Below are positions 45,801-57,754 of a stretch of 64,000 nucleotides of DNA, piece after piece. The DNA is from Azolla caroliniana (taxonomy: Eukaryota; Plantae; Polypodiophyta), in the NCBI GenBank assembly GCA_043228905.1, contig JBHGNT010000013.1:124001-188000 (forward strand). Direction: 5' to 3'. The position numbers were made by a program, and so were the translations under genes. A model generated the notes under the pieces. That model did no database searches. It saw only the letters and a program-made list of their open reading frames with translations, and was not told the DNA's origin. Each line of letters starts with the position of its first letter. Position 1 is the first letter of the stretch.

Positions 45801-48619
45801 CATTCTCACTTCATGACATCAGTCTTTATGAATTAATCAAAAGAAACAATTTTCAAGGAATAAGCTTGGTAGTCATTAAAAGCTTTGCAATGCAACTCTT
45901 AACCACCCTGAAATTCTTGCGGAAACTCCGCATTATTCACTGTGATTTGAAGCCTGAGAACATCTTGTTACAACACCCATCGATGTCAAAAATCAAAGTT
46001 ATTGATTTCGGATCAAGTTGTTTCGATCATGAAAGAAGTATGTTATAACCAATTGGAAATTTGTCAAGTCTTAAATATAAAATCGAGTTACCTGATGACT
46101 TTACTGTATAATGTAATCTTTTGTAGGACTTCTGCTACTGTGCATGAATGAAAATTCCTCATTTCTGTGATTCCTTTTGCATTTTTTTCTATTTGTCTGT
46201 ATCTCTGCTTGTGTTTTTTGCATGTGTAGAACTGCAATTGGGATAAAGAGATCATCAACTAACAATACTTTTGGGCCTTTTCACTGCAGTCTATACTTAT
46301 ATTCAAAGCCGCTTTTATCGCTCTCCTGAAGTTATACTCGGTAATTCGAACTTGACTCTCTTCATATTTCTGGAAAACATGCATTTGATATCAATATCAG
46401 TCTTTCAAGTTGAAGATCTCTAATAAGAATCAAGATGCATAAAACAGTATGCACCCCTGGTTTCTAGTTTTATTGAGTGGTACATTCCTAAGATGTGGTG
46501 TGTGTTATTTGAGATTTGTACAATTATGAATGTGTCTTCTCTATTTGGTAAGGTCAAAGCTTCATCTTGGCCTAAACTGCAGCATGTATAGTTTTTGTCT
46601 GTCATTAATTGCACTGATTGAATTATATCTGGCTGTTAGGCACATGTTTAACGCATGTATTTGATGATAGCTAGAATATTTTTAGAGCTTGATTTTAGCG
46701 ATTTAAGCATCAACATTGATTTTTTTCATTGAATACCATGTTTTATATGAAACACATAGGCATGGATAGAACTGTTTTATTGTTGAATCCCAATCTCTAG
46801 ATGCACTGCCACTAGCTTAATAAGTTCCCACAATCCAACATCATAAAGCTGACAATGTATAATTCCACTGCTTATCAATCGGTGGATAGGAACAAGGATC
46901 AGAAAACAGAAATAAAAGATGATATCCTGACTAGAGTAGCTAGATCTCCACTCAATCGGGTTATTGCATATGTGGAGTTAAATGGAGTGATGCCCCACTT
47001 CCGACTTATTTTTTATTACTTAAGGTATTGAAGGCTATGGTTCAATTGGAGCAAGAGAAATGCCATTACTTTTGATTCACAAGCTGGGGGTGAAGAAATA
47101 TTTTGCTAGGTTGAAAGAATTTCTTTTGTGGCAATTTTCATTGTTTTGAAAGTCAAGGAATCTTCCACATGAAGAGTGACAGTTATATAAGGTGACAGAT
47201 CATCATGTTCAGCAACTGTATTGATCTGTAGTTTGGAAGTGAGCTCTTAATATTTGGATCCCAGCCAAATCCAAAGTTTATTGTAAGTTAGTATGGTAGT
47301 GTGTTTTCTTTAGTAATGGTAGCTATTATTTGCTGAAAAAAGAGACCGACAAAGAGACTTACCCACACATGTTTATGTTGACACCACTGGTATTATAGCC
47401 CCCCACTTGGTTTTAATCACAAACTCTGTAATAGCCAGCCTCATTGTCATATCTACTGCATTTGTAATATACATGTTTGAATGTACAGGCCGTAGAGATT
47501 GCATCCTATGATTCCGTCCATGAATTTTACAGTAATGCAGTCTTTTTGCTTAACATTTTAGTACTGCATGGACAGGTATACCATATGACAACATGATTGA
47601 TATTTGGAGCTTTGGATGCATCTTGGCGGAGCTCTATACAGGTAATGGTATCCAAACGCAAATGTACAACTGAGATGGCTCGGTTAGAGAGTAATATAAT
47701 GAATTGAATGTTACTTTTTCCTTGTCTATTGTAGGATATCCACTGTTTCCAGGCGAAAATGAAGTAGAGCAATTAGCATGCATGATGGAGGTTCTTGGAG
47801 TTCCACCTCGTAGTGCCCTTGAGCAAGCTACTAGAAAGAAAATGTTTTTTGGTAATACTTTAGATTCTCGTTTTATGAATTATTAATATACAGATTTTTT
47901 TTTTCCAGTTTTGAACTCCCAAGGGTTGTCTGAGTTCTCAATGCACTGCAGATAGCAACTGCAATCCTAGGATTGTTCCCAACTCTTGGGGGAAGAAACG
48001 TTACCCGGGGACCAAGGATTTGGCAACTGTCACTACATGCAAAGACACAGTTTTTATCAATTTTCTTGAGCGCTGTTTACAGTGGGACAAGAATCAAAGA
48101 GCAGGTCCTGATGAGTTGCTGCAGCATCCATGGATCGTAGGAGTGAGTTCACATGATATCCCTAGTGTTTTTGCATATATGAAACGAATCATAATGTTCT
48201 AGTGATCCATGGAAGTCTTGCTTAGTCACCCAATGATCTAAACATTTTTGCTCCCAGGAGTCAACCACTGAGACATCACGGAGGCCTCTCCATGCTGCCA
48301 ACCAAGACATTAGTAAAAGAAGGTATGCTCCCTTGTCCCAGATTATTAGTTCAAACTCAATGTCATTTTTTCTGCTTTTAACTTATCGTCTTGATGATTT
48401 TGAACATCACATTTTTAGCTCACTTGACATGACAGGGCCATGAAATCTTCTGAAACTTCGCCTCGGTTATTGAAGCAATCAAAACAAGCCAATTCAGGGG
48501 CCACCATTGAACCAAACCTACAAAGTCCTGCTAAGCCAACTCAAAGCGTTGATAGTTTATCTGTGTTGCCACCTATTGGAGATGCAACGGCATTAAAAGG
48601 TTCACAAAACAAGAAATGA
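39897..48619 (+). CDS. DYRK2: Dual-specificity tyrosine-regulated kinase, class 2 (DYRK2/3/4-like). Predicted exons ~39897-41086, 41368-41510, 41691-41743, 41820-41909, 43089-43143, 43240-43374, 45011-45234, 45725-46037, 46290-46340, 47576-47641, 47735-47851, 47952-48142, 48258-48322, 48437-48619
   Basis: NAPA-like region ([32 protein letters not shown]), DH box ([10 protein letters not shown]), [45 protein letters not shown], activation loop [28 protein letters not shown]-terminal VLPPI. Splice phases are consistent. The N-terminal exons are less certain. Confidence 0.9.
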
Positions 48620-49500
48620 ACAATGGATGAATATGTATTCAACCCCATGGTAGCAGGTTTTTCGATTGCCTTGGATGTGAATAGGATGCCAAGGTGGTCG
48701 ATGCCAAGTTTCATTACCTTCGATGAGGCCGTTGTATGATGAGAGAAGCGAGGCTCTTCTTGAGGAAAGGAAAGCTTGTGGGGCAATGTCATTAACACCA
48801 TGTGTTTGGGTTTTCCTCTTTTGGGCTGACTTGTATGTAATGGATTCTCTTTTTGGGTTTTGTTAAACAAGTCATGTGTAGTCCTTTTTGGAAGGGTTGT
48901 GACTGGGTGATGGTTCAATCCTGAGAACCACCACCATATGAAATTTGACTCGGAAATATAATGTTAAATTTAAATGAGTTTTGTGATTGTACCAAAAGTG
49001 ATTCCAAATGTATAGAATAAATATATGGATAAAATGGGAATGCAGTGAAAGCTTTAACAAAAGCTATTTAAGTAGACATAACTGGTAGTTAAATGGAGTG
49101 TTTTATCCACATGGAAAGGTAGAATTATGGTTAAAAACTTTTATCCACGTGTGTCGACACATCACTGGACTGAAACGTGTAATCATATACATATCGATAC
49201 ATTGACACTAGGTTTTAACGATTGACCCACTAGGCATAAGTAGGACATGAGCATGATGGGGGAACCGATATAAGCCAAACAATGATGGGCGACAAGATCT
49301 TGCTCTTGTATCCAGAGTTCTAGTACCGGGTTATAAATAAATAATCTCCGGAAAACTCCACTAAAAAGAGATCTGGTAGAAGCCGCCAATTGAATGGCTG
49401 AAAAGGCTCTGAAGTGGATGAGGTTTGAGTTTTTGCATATAGAAACATGAGATTAGATGATATGATGGTGTCATGAGAGGCAATTCTGATCGATCTTGCC

Positions 49501-51135
49501 ATGCCATTCTCATCTTGCTCCGCTTCTTTGACCACTGCTGCTGCTGCATTGCTAATTCATCCCCAATCCGGGCTTCTGCACAGCAATGAGCAGGCAGCTT
49601 TATCTGCAGCATTGAATCGGGAGCACCTGAATCGACTAGCCAGAGATTTGGGCGTGCAAGGGAGATTGCAGGTGAAGGGTGGGTGGGCGCAGAGATCGCC
49701 CAAGGCTAGCATATCGCAATCGGAGAAGGAGAAGGAAAGCGGTGGTGCTGAAAGCTACAGAGATGCAGGGGGAGGGAGCGGATCGAGTGCGACCACGACA
49801 GGGGTTGTGATCGTGGGAGCCGGGCTGGCGGGATTGGCGGCGGCAACCGAGCTGGTGGCTGCGGGCAGATCCGATTTCATTGTAGTCGAGGCATCTGATG
49901 GAGTGGGAGGCAGAGTGCGGACCGACATCTACAAGGGCTTCCAGCTTGACCGAGGCTTCCAGATCTTCATCACGGCGTACCCCGAAGCACAACGGATCCT
50001 CGACTATGATGCCCTCCAGCTCCGCGAATTCTATTCGGGGGCCCTCGTCTGGTTCGACGGGAAATTCCATCGCATCGCCGACCCCGTTCGACACTTCGCC
50101 GACAGCCTCCTCTCCCTCTTCAATCCCATCGGCTCCATCTTTGACAAGATCCTCGTGGGCTTGGTCCGCCTCCGAGTGTCGGCACGGGCTGACGACGACC
50201 TCTTGTCCAACCCTGATGAAACCTCGATCTTGGAGAGGCTGCGCTCTGTTGGCTTCTCCCCGCCCATGGTCGATCGGTTCTTCCGCCCCTTCTTCGGTGG
50301 CATCTTCTTCGACAACGACCTGGGGACCACGAGCCGGCTCTTTGATTTTGTCTTCAAGTGTTTGGCCTTGGGATCAAACACGCTTCCTGCTAGAGGGATC
50401 GGCGCGATCCCACAACAAATCGCAGACCGGCTCCCACAATCCTCGATTTTGTTGAATTCTAGAGTTACGGAGGTGATCTTCGACGAGGACACAGGGCGGC
50501 CGAGTGGAGTAAGGCTTGCCAATGGGCAATGTCTAATGAGCAAGTATGGCATCATAATGGCGACAGAGGGGGTAGAGGCATGGAAGTTGATAGGAAGACT
50601 ACAAGGGAAGATTATAGAAAAGCCAACTTTTTCTATAACGAAACAACCTCGAAGTACAGTATGTATATACTTCGAAATGGATGAGGATAGAAATCGACAA
50701 CTCTCTGTGATGGAGAGAGAGCCAACATTGCTTTTGAATGGTTCAGGGAAGGGGATTGTGAATAACATGTTCTTTCCAACGTCTGTGTCAAGGACATATG
50801 CACCCGAGGGGAAGGTCCTAGTGTCAGTGTCGTTGGTGGGCTTGTATGAAGAGAAGACTGATGAAGAGTTGGAGGCTATAGTAAGAGAAGAGGTTAGTGA
50901 GTGGTTAGGTGGTGTTGTTGTGGCATCATGGAGACACTTGCGTACTTACCGCATTAGGTTAGCACAACCAGACCAAGCACCTCCGACCAACCTCCTCCAA
51001 GACTCTCGTCTATGTCTTGGTCTTTATATTTGTGGTGACCATCGATATTCATCCACCTTTGATGGAGCCCTTTCCTCTGGCAAACAAGCTGCTCGAGTTC
51101 TTCTTGCTGATGTTAACCAACAAGTCCTCAACTAA
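49501..51135 (+). CDS. FAD-dependent oxidoreductase, amine oxidase / phytoene desaturase-like superfamily, probable organellar transit peptide; intronless
   Basis: 544-aa ORF with the dinucleotide-binding VVIVGAGLAGLAAA, EASDGVGGRVRTD, GFQLDRGFQIF and C-terminal YICGDHR....DGALSSG. Confidence 0.9.
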   Translation: MPFSSCSASLTTAAAALLIHPQSGLLHSNEQAALSAALNREHLNRLARDLGVQGRLQVKGGWAQRSPKASISQSEKEKESGGAESYRDAGGGSGSSATTTGVVIVGAGLAGLAAATELVAAGRSDFIVVEASDGVGGRVRTDIYKGFQLDRGFQIFITAYPEAQRILDYDALQLREFYSGALVWFDGKFHRIADPVRHFADSLLSLFNPIGSIFDKILVGLVRLRVSARADDDLLSNPDETSILERLRSVGFSPPMVDRFFRPFFGGIFFDNDLGTTSRLFDFVFKCLALGSNTLPARGIGAIPQQIADRLPQSSILLNSRVTEVIFDEDTGRPSGVRLANGQCLMSKYGIIMATEGVEAWKLIGRLQGKIIEKPTFSITKQPRSTVCIYFEMDEDRNRQLSVMEREPTLLLNGSGKGIVNNMFFPTSVSRTYAPEGKVLVSVSLVGLYEEKTDEELEAIVREEVSEWLGGVVVASWRHLRTYRIRLAQPDQAPPTNLLQDSRLCLGLYICGDHRYSSTFDGALSSGKQAARVLLADVNQQVLN

Positions 51136-51451
51136 AATGTATTTATAGATTGACTTTTGCATATTCTATGTAAACATATAGCAATTGTCTTGCTATTGAG
51201 AAGCTAGTCCTATCATTTCTAAAATCTTAACGTCTATTAGAGGCCAAGGTAGGCTTTTGAGAAATCACAATTGCAAAAATGGGTGAATTCACATCATCCG
51301 TACTCTTAACAAAAATAAAAGCTCTAGGTTTCCTAAAGATCCATGATAATGGTATTAAGCATGTGGTGAAATGATTTTGGAGACGGTTTACAAGCATGAA
51401 GTGCATTACTAATTTGTATGGGTTAAGTTGGTGAGAAGACATTGTATTTGT

Positions 51452-51646
51452 GGTTGGTTGGTGCGGGGAAGTGAGGTTATGAAAACTTTTGCCAAGTGTA
51501 TCTAGGCATCCTCATCAAAATCAACATCAGTCAAATGTTTTATGGATTGAGGTTGGTTGGTGCGGGGAAGTGAGGTTATGAAAACTTTTGCCAAGTGTAT
51601 CTAGGCATCCTCATCAAAATCAACATCAGTCAAATGTTTTTTGGAT
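51452..51646. repeat. ~99-bp tandem duplication
   Basis: GGTTGGTTGGTGCGGGGAAGTGAGG...TCAAATGTTTT.TGGAT at 51452 and 51551. Confidence 0.92.
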
Positions 51647-51699
51647 AGTGTGGTCCATGTGCCTTATATCCCAATACTTGTGGTCTCCATTGTTGTCAA

Positions 51700-52410
51700 C
51701 AATCCTATACTCGCTCTATGTGACTTCTTGCAATCTTGCTAGTCAAAATATGGGCCTATGGAAGAAGTTAAATATGGATGATTCGCATAACATCCTATGA
51801 GATAATAGAAGGGTTGATTCCATATGCGTTTAAAGCTTGAGCAATATATGGCCAAAGTATCATGGGTCAAACTTCTCTCCATCATTTGCCAAATGGTGGT
51901 GAATTGTGCATCAAGGGTGGCATACTTCTCTCTCATGGGCTTGTAGGCTGGGCACCTACACACAAAATATTCCTTGATCATGATCTCATTTTCATGTAAT
52001 TTTCAAAACCTTTTGTCTCTAGGTATGCAAAATGCTCATCCTACTTCAATCCTTAATTGATGCTCGATGGAACTCTAAGTTTGCCTATTTCTTTGTGAGC
52101 ATTGTTGGGCATGAAGATGTCCATTCACCTTGATCTTTGTATGAATCCATCATGTGTGAAGTTCATGAAGGTCATCTTTTGGGAAAGAGGATCTTTTGTT
52201 GTTATCTTAGTTTGATGGATATAGAGTTGCCACAAGGCCTTGTTTTGTTCTTCATTTTCAAGAGGTACATTATATTGAAAGGATGGCAAATTCTCAAGGT
52301 TAAGAACTTTGTCAAACCACTTCATCACTTATGAGCACCATGATTTTGCTTTGTCATCTCCATTTCATTCGATGCTTCAAATGCCTTATGTAAAGAAGCT
52401 CAATAGCATG
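51700..52410 (-). mobile_element. Degenerate 3' part of a second RTEX-like LINE
   Basis: Minus-strand fragments KAFEAS, NLPSFQY, KALWQLYI, FTHDGFIQR and EYFVCRCPAY..MREKY parallel the ORF2 C-terminus of the LINE at 4665-10872. Confidence 0.7.
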
Positions 52411-52414
52411 CTTC

Positions 52415-54333
52415 TGTTGTGGAAGTGTCCAAAGTGCTGTGGAGAACAGAGTGCTTCACGACTGGCATAGAGATGGAGATCGAGACAGAATTAGATAGGA
52501 AATACACAGACAACACAAACCAAAAAACCAAAAATAGATTTCTTCACTAAAACTATCTAACCATACAACGGTGCTCCTTGAGCATCTTATATACATAGCC
52601 CTAGATTCCTATCATAAAGGTAGTGGGCTGACATAAGTACATTCGGCACATTCATGAGCACTGAATTCTAGCCAAACTAGATTCTACTAAGTGACTCTAG
52701 TTGAGCTTGATAACTCGACACGCCCCATCAAGCTCAAGTTCAATTTCCAATTTACAACTTTTGGCTTGTCGACTCCTCCTAATTTGGTTCTTCGGGCTTC
52801 AACTTTCGGAAACCCTTTTGGGTTGCTTTTGACTCTTGGCCTTCGGCCCTTCGGTCTTGCCTGTTTTGGGCTTTGGTTGTGTTGGCTCAGCCTTCGGCCC
52901 TTCGGCCCTTCGGTCTTAAACTTGTTCCAGGCTTCGGCTATGTCGGCTTTGTTCTCCCCCTCATGCAAGGCACGTCGAGATGTTGTAGACCTAGCATCTC
53001 CGAAAAGTGCCAAATCTTGTCAAGACCAAGAGCCTTGGCCAAGATGTCGGCTACTTGTAGGTCAATTCAGACGAAGTGTAAATCGACTTTGCCACAAAGG
53101 ATGTGCTCACGCATGAAATGGTAGTGAACCTCTATGTGCTTTGTGCAAGCATGAAAGACAGGGTTCTTGGCGACCTGGATGCTATTGAGGTTGTTGCAAT
53201 AGATAGGGATTGGTTTTGTGACTGTCACATAAAGATCCCTCAGTAGCCTCTTTAACCAAATCACCTCGCAGTTTGCGACGACCGCTCCACGGTACTCCGC
53301 CTCGATGTTGGGCAATGCAAATGTTGCTTGCTTCTTGCTGCTCCATGAGATCGCCGCATTCCTAAGGGAGAACATAAAGCTCGATGTCGATTGACAATAA
53401 ATCGCATCGCCGGCCTAGTTCGCATATGTATACACGAATAGCTATTTGGTAGTGTTGTTCCTTTACAACAACCCATGATCAAGGGTGCCACTGACATATG
53501 TGGTGTGTACACTTCACGTGCTCGATAGTCGGTGTTTGCATAAACTGACTAAGTAATCCAATAGGATAACTTAGGTTAGGTTGAGTATGTGTCAGGTAGA
53601 TCAGACTCCTGACAATTTTCTTGAACCCATTGCATCACATGTGGGACTCGAGTCATCATGCAAGTTCTGATTGTGGTCGAGGGGAGTTCAGATGGGCTGA
53701 CACTTTGTCATGCTAAACTTGAACAATATGTTTAGGACATAGTGGTGTTGTGTCAGCAGAATTCCTTCTAGTGTATGAATCACTTCAATTCCTAGGAAGT
53801 AGTGAAGGTTCCCCAAATCCTTCATCTCCAATGTGTTTGACAATTGGGTTTTTACGTGATTGATGTTTGTTAGGTCGGCTTCGGTGATGACTAAGTCATC
53901 CACATATAACAAAATACAGAGGGCTGGCTTGACCTTTTCAAATGAATAAAGAGGTGTCAGATTGTGCGGTTTCAAAGCCTATCATATGCAGATATTGTGT
54001 GATTTTTGAATTCCAAGCTTGCAAAGCTCATTTGAGTCCGTATAGAGACTTCTTCAGTTGACACACTACCAATTCGTGCACTTTCGTCCGAAATCATGGG
54101 GGTTGTACCATGTACACTTCTTCTTCAAGATCACCTTGAAGAAATGCATTCTTCACGTCCATTTGGTGAAGATGCCACCCCATTGCGACTGCAACCGCAA
54201 GAACTATGCGCACTGTAGTCATCTTTGCAACAGGCGCAAAGGTGTCATCATAGTCGATTCCATGTGTTTGCACCTATCCTATCGCTACAAGCTTGGACTT
54301 GTACTTGTTGATCGAACCATCAACATTATACTT
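52415..54333 (-). mobile_element. Decayed copia element 'S' (3' LTR ~52415-52720, 3' extension, RNase H, RT); interrupted at 54334
   Basis: AISWSSKKQAT, YCNNL..IQVAKNPVFHA.TKHIEVHYHF, LLYVDDLVI, KYNVDGSINKYK. The LTR ends CTCGACA next to a degenerate PPT. The left LTR boundary is approximate. Confidence 0.8.
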
Positions 54334-55326
54334 TGTTGAGGATACTACCAACCACAACTGGTTCTCACACTTGCGTATGCGGGTGCAAAAATTAAAATTG
54401 ATAGTACGCAGACAAACAGAGAGATCACTCACACTCTCACTAACTCACACTCTATCACACAACACTTAGTTACAATGGCAACAACCTCCCACAACTTTTC
54501 AACAATGATGATGACCATTGTTATCATTACTCGCCCTAATTATATTTATCCACATATACATATATGACTATTTACAAATATAGCCATAATGGGCACATCT
54601 AGGATAATTACAAATATAGCCTAGTCAGATTTGGCCAATTTGGTTATTAGTTGAATTGGTTATCGTTCGATTATCGGTCAGTTGATTTTTTGGCCTCGGT
54701 TGAGTTAACTATCCATCTGATTCGGCTTGTGCTTTCTTCCCATCTAGAGGGACCAGTTTTCCCAACAAACTCCTCCTTCACACTGGGATGAAGTACTTCA
54801 CCAGTCCGACTCTTTGTCTGCATGCATTCAACTTCTTTATTGGCAACATCTTCGTCAACATATCCCATCCGTTGTCATCCATATGGACCTTCACCAGAGT
54901 AAAGTCCCTTTCTACCCTCTTTTGTAGCTAGTGATATCTCTACTGGATGTGCTTGGTCCTTAAGTGGTAGGTAGCATTCTTCGTAAGGTGGATGACACTT
55001 TGGTTGTCATAGTAGAGTTGGAATTCTTCTTACCAAATTTCCAGCTCTCCAATGAAATCCTTCATCGAAATTATTTCCTTACCGGCTTTGACAATGACCA
55101 CGTACTCCACTTCTGTGGTCGACAACACCACGGCCTTTTGTAGCCTCGACTGCCACGAGATGGCTCCCCCTGCATAAGTCATTACGTATCCAGACGTGGA
55201 CTGGTTGGTATCCTCATCAGTCGACATGTCCGAATTAGTGAAACCTTCTAATGTGGGGTTACCTGAGCCAAATCAGAGGCACATGCTCAAGGTGCCTCTC
55301 AGGTACTAAAGTATCCACTTCACTAT

Positions 55327-57718
55327 TGTGCGGAACAATGCTCGGTCACAACCGAGTCTCAAACACTGAAGATTAAAGAAAAATAGAGAAAGGAAATTGT
55401 TACACTACAAAAAATAGAGAGGACACAGGATATTTATGTGGAAAACCTTAACAGAGAAAAACCACGGGAGCCCATATACTCCAAACTATCACTATATGAG
55501 AAAGGTACAATGCAGAAACTCGGAGGCAATGACCGCGAGCTCTTAGCCTCTGCCAATCGGCAGTTACAGATAGAAACTGATTCAATTTCTTTCTCTCTCT
55601 CTCGCTGACTTTATCGAGTACACTATACAACAACAACAAGCGTGACTTCAACAGATAACTACTACATATAAAGTGATTGCCCTAAGTCATATTTATACTT
55701 ATATGACTTTTGGGCTAATTACAAATATAGCCTCAGTGGGGTTATCCTAACATATTTACAAATATGTCCTTGGATCCGGTTCGCACCGGGTCCATTTGAA
55801 TTCATTGGTTTCAGTTTCCGAATCTCATCTGGATCCCTCCTGGATCCGGTTTCTATATCTGGTTCGTTTGATCCGGTACCTTCAGTTCTCAACCGGATCC
55901 TATTCGGAGGGAGCGAATTCCCAACAAGCTCCCCCTTCACTCCGGCATGGGATGTCTCATTAGTCCGGTTGGAGAAGGCCAAGACTCGGAAGTGGTCCGA
56001 TGTGGTGAGAGGCCTGAAGCCGGAAGTCGAATCGGAGTGTACCGATTCGGACAAGAGCTGGAACGAGTCGGAGACAGCTGACTCGGATCAACAGATGGAT
56101 CCGGATGAGTCGGATCGACTGAAGGCCAAGGGGACACGGACACAAGGGGATTCACTGGTTTCAGTTTCCGAATCTCATCTGGATCCCTCCTGGATCCGGT
56201 TTCTATATCTGGTTCGTTTGATCCGGTACCTTCAGTTCTCAACCGGATCCTATTCAGAGGGAGCGAATTCCCAACAAGCTCCCCCTTCACTCCGGCATGG
56301 GATGTCTCATTAGTCTGGTTCGCCTTCGACACTCGTCCAACTTGTTGGTTGTCAACACCTTGGTCAGCATGTCTGACCTGTTCTCCTCTGTGTGAACCTT
56401 TATCAGCGCAAAGCTTTGTCCTCTAATCTCTCCCGGATCTAATGGTACTTGCGCTGGATGTGTTTCGTCCTAGAGTGGTATGCCACATTCTTTGCAAGGT
56501 GGATGGCACTTTGACTATCACAGTAGAGTCGGTATTCCTCCTGTCGGATCCCTAGCTCTCTGATGAAGTCCATCCAGGTTACTTCCTTGCCGGCTTCCAC
56601 AACTTGCATAGACTCCGCTTCCGTTGTTCACAGTGCAACAGAATTTTGCAACCTTCATTGCCACGATACGACTCTCCCTGCATACGTTATGACGTATCCG
56701 GATGTGGATCGATTGGTATCCGCATAAGCCTCAATATCCGAATCCGTAAAACCTTCCAATTGGGTTTTACCAGAGCCGAATCGGAGGCACATACTTGAGA
56801 TGCTTTTCAAGTAACAAAGTATCCACTTGACCGCGTTCTAGTGTTCTCTTCCCGGATTGCTCATGAACTGGCTGACAGCTCCGATTGCATATCCGATATT
56901 TGGTCGGGTGCACACCATTGCGTACATCAAGCTTCCAATGGCGGAGGCATATGGTACCTTCATCATCTCCAACTTCTCCATCTTTGTCTTCGGATTCTAC
57001 TTTCCAGAGAGCTTGCAGTTTGCCGGAACTATTGACCCGACCGGTTTCGCATCCGTCATGTTGAACCTTTGGAGCACCTTTGTCACGTACTTCTCCTGTG
57101 ACAGCCATAGCAATTTCTTCAACTGGTCCCGGATTATGTGCATCCCCAAAATCTGTCTTGCTGGGCCCAAATCTTTCATTGAGAAGGTCCGATTCAGAGC
57201 CTTCTTCAACATTCGGATCTTGATTTTGTCTCATCTGACGATCAACATATCATCCACATATAGGAGTATCAGGAAGTTGCCTCCGAAAAATTTCTTCACA
57301 AATACACAGTGGTTAGCTTGCATCTTGTAGTACCCTTGGTCGGTCATGAAGGAATCGAACCTCTGGTACCATTGCTGGGGGGTTTGGTTCAGTCCTGTTG
57401 AGCGGCAAGCTCAACCGGAGCCGGATCGGCTGAATAAGCCGGAGCCGGTAAGCGAGACGGATCGGGCGAAACGGATCGGTATGACGGTGAGCAACCGAAC
57501 CGGCAAGCAGTGGAGGCCGGGTGCAATCCGTAACCGGAAGTCCAATCGGAAGCCTAGTATAGGATAGACTACTAGGTAGCTATAGTCTCGTAGTAAGTGT
57601 CAGATGCTCGTGTGAGCATTGAAGTACATGGTACTTCTGTCAGTCCCAAGAGGACTTGTATAAATAGTGCTACTTAGCACAGTGTGTAGACGGTGTCTTG
57701 ATATAATTTTGAAATTGT

Positions 57719-57754
<36 letters not shown>

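Noticed and set aside
49636-50768. Long antisense and alternate-frame ORFs over the oxidoreductase (and likewise over the ARF)
   Set aside because: These are shadow ORFs caused by GC-rich codon usage of the real gene.
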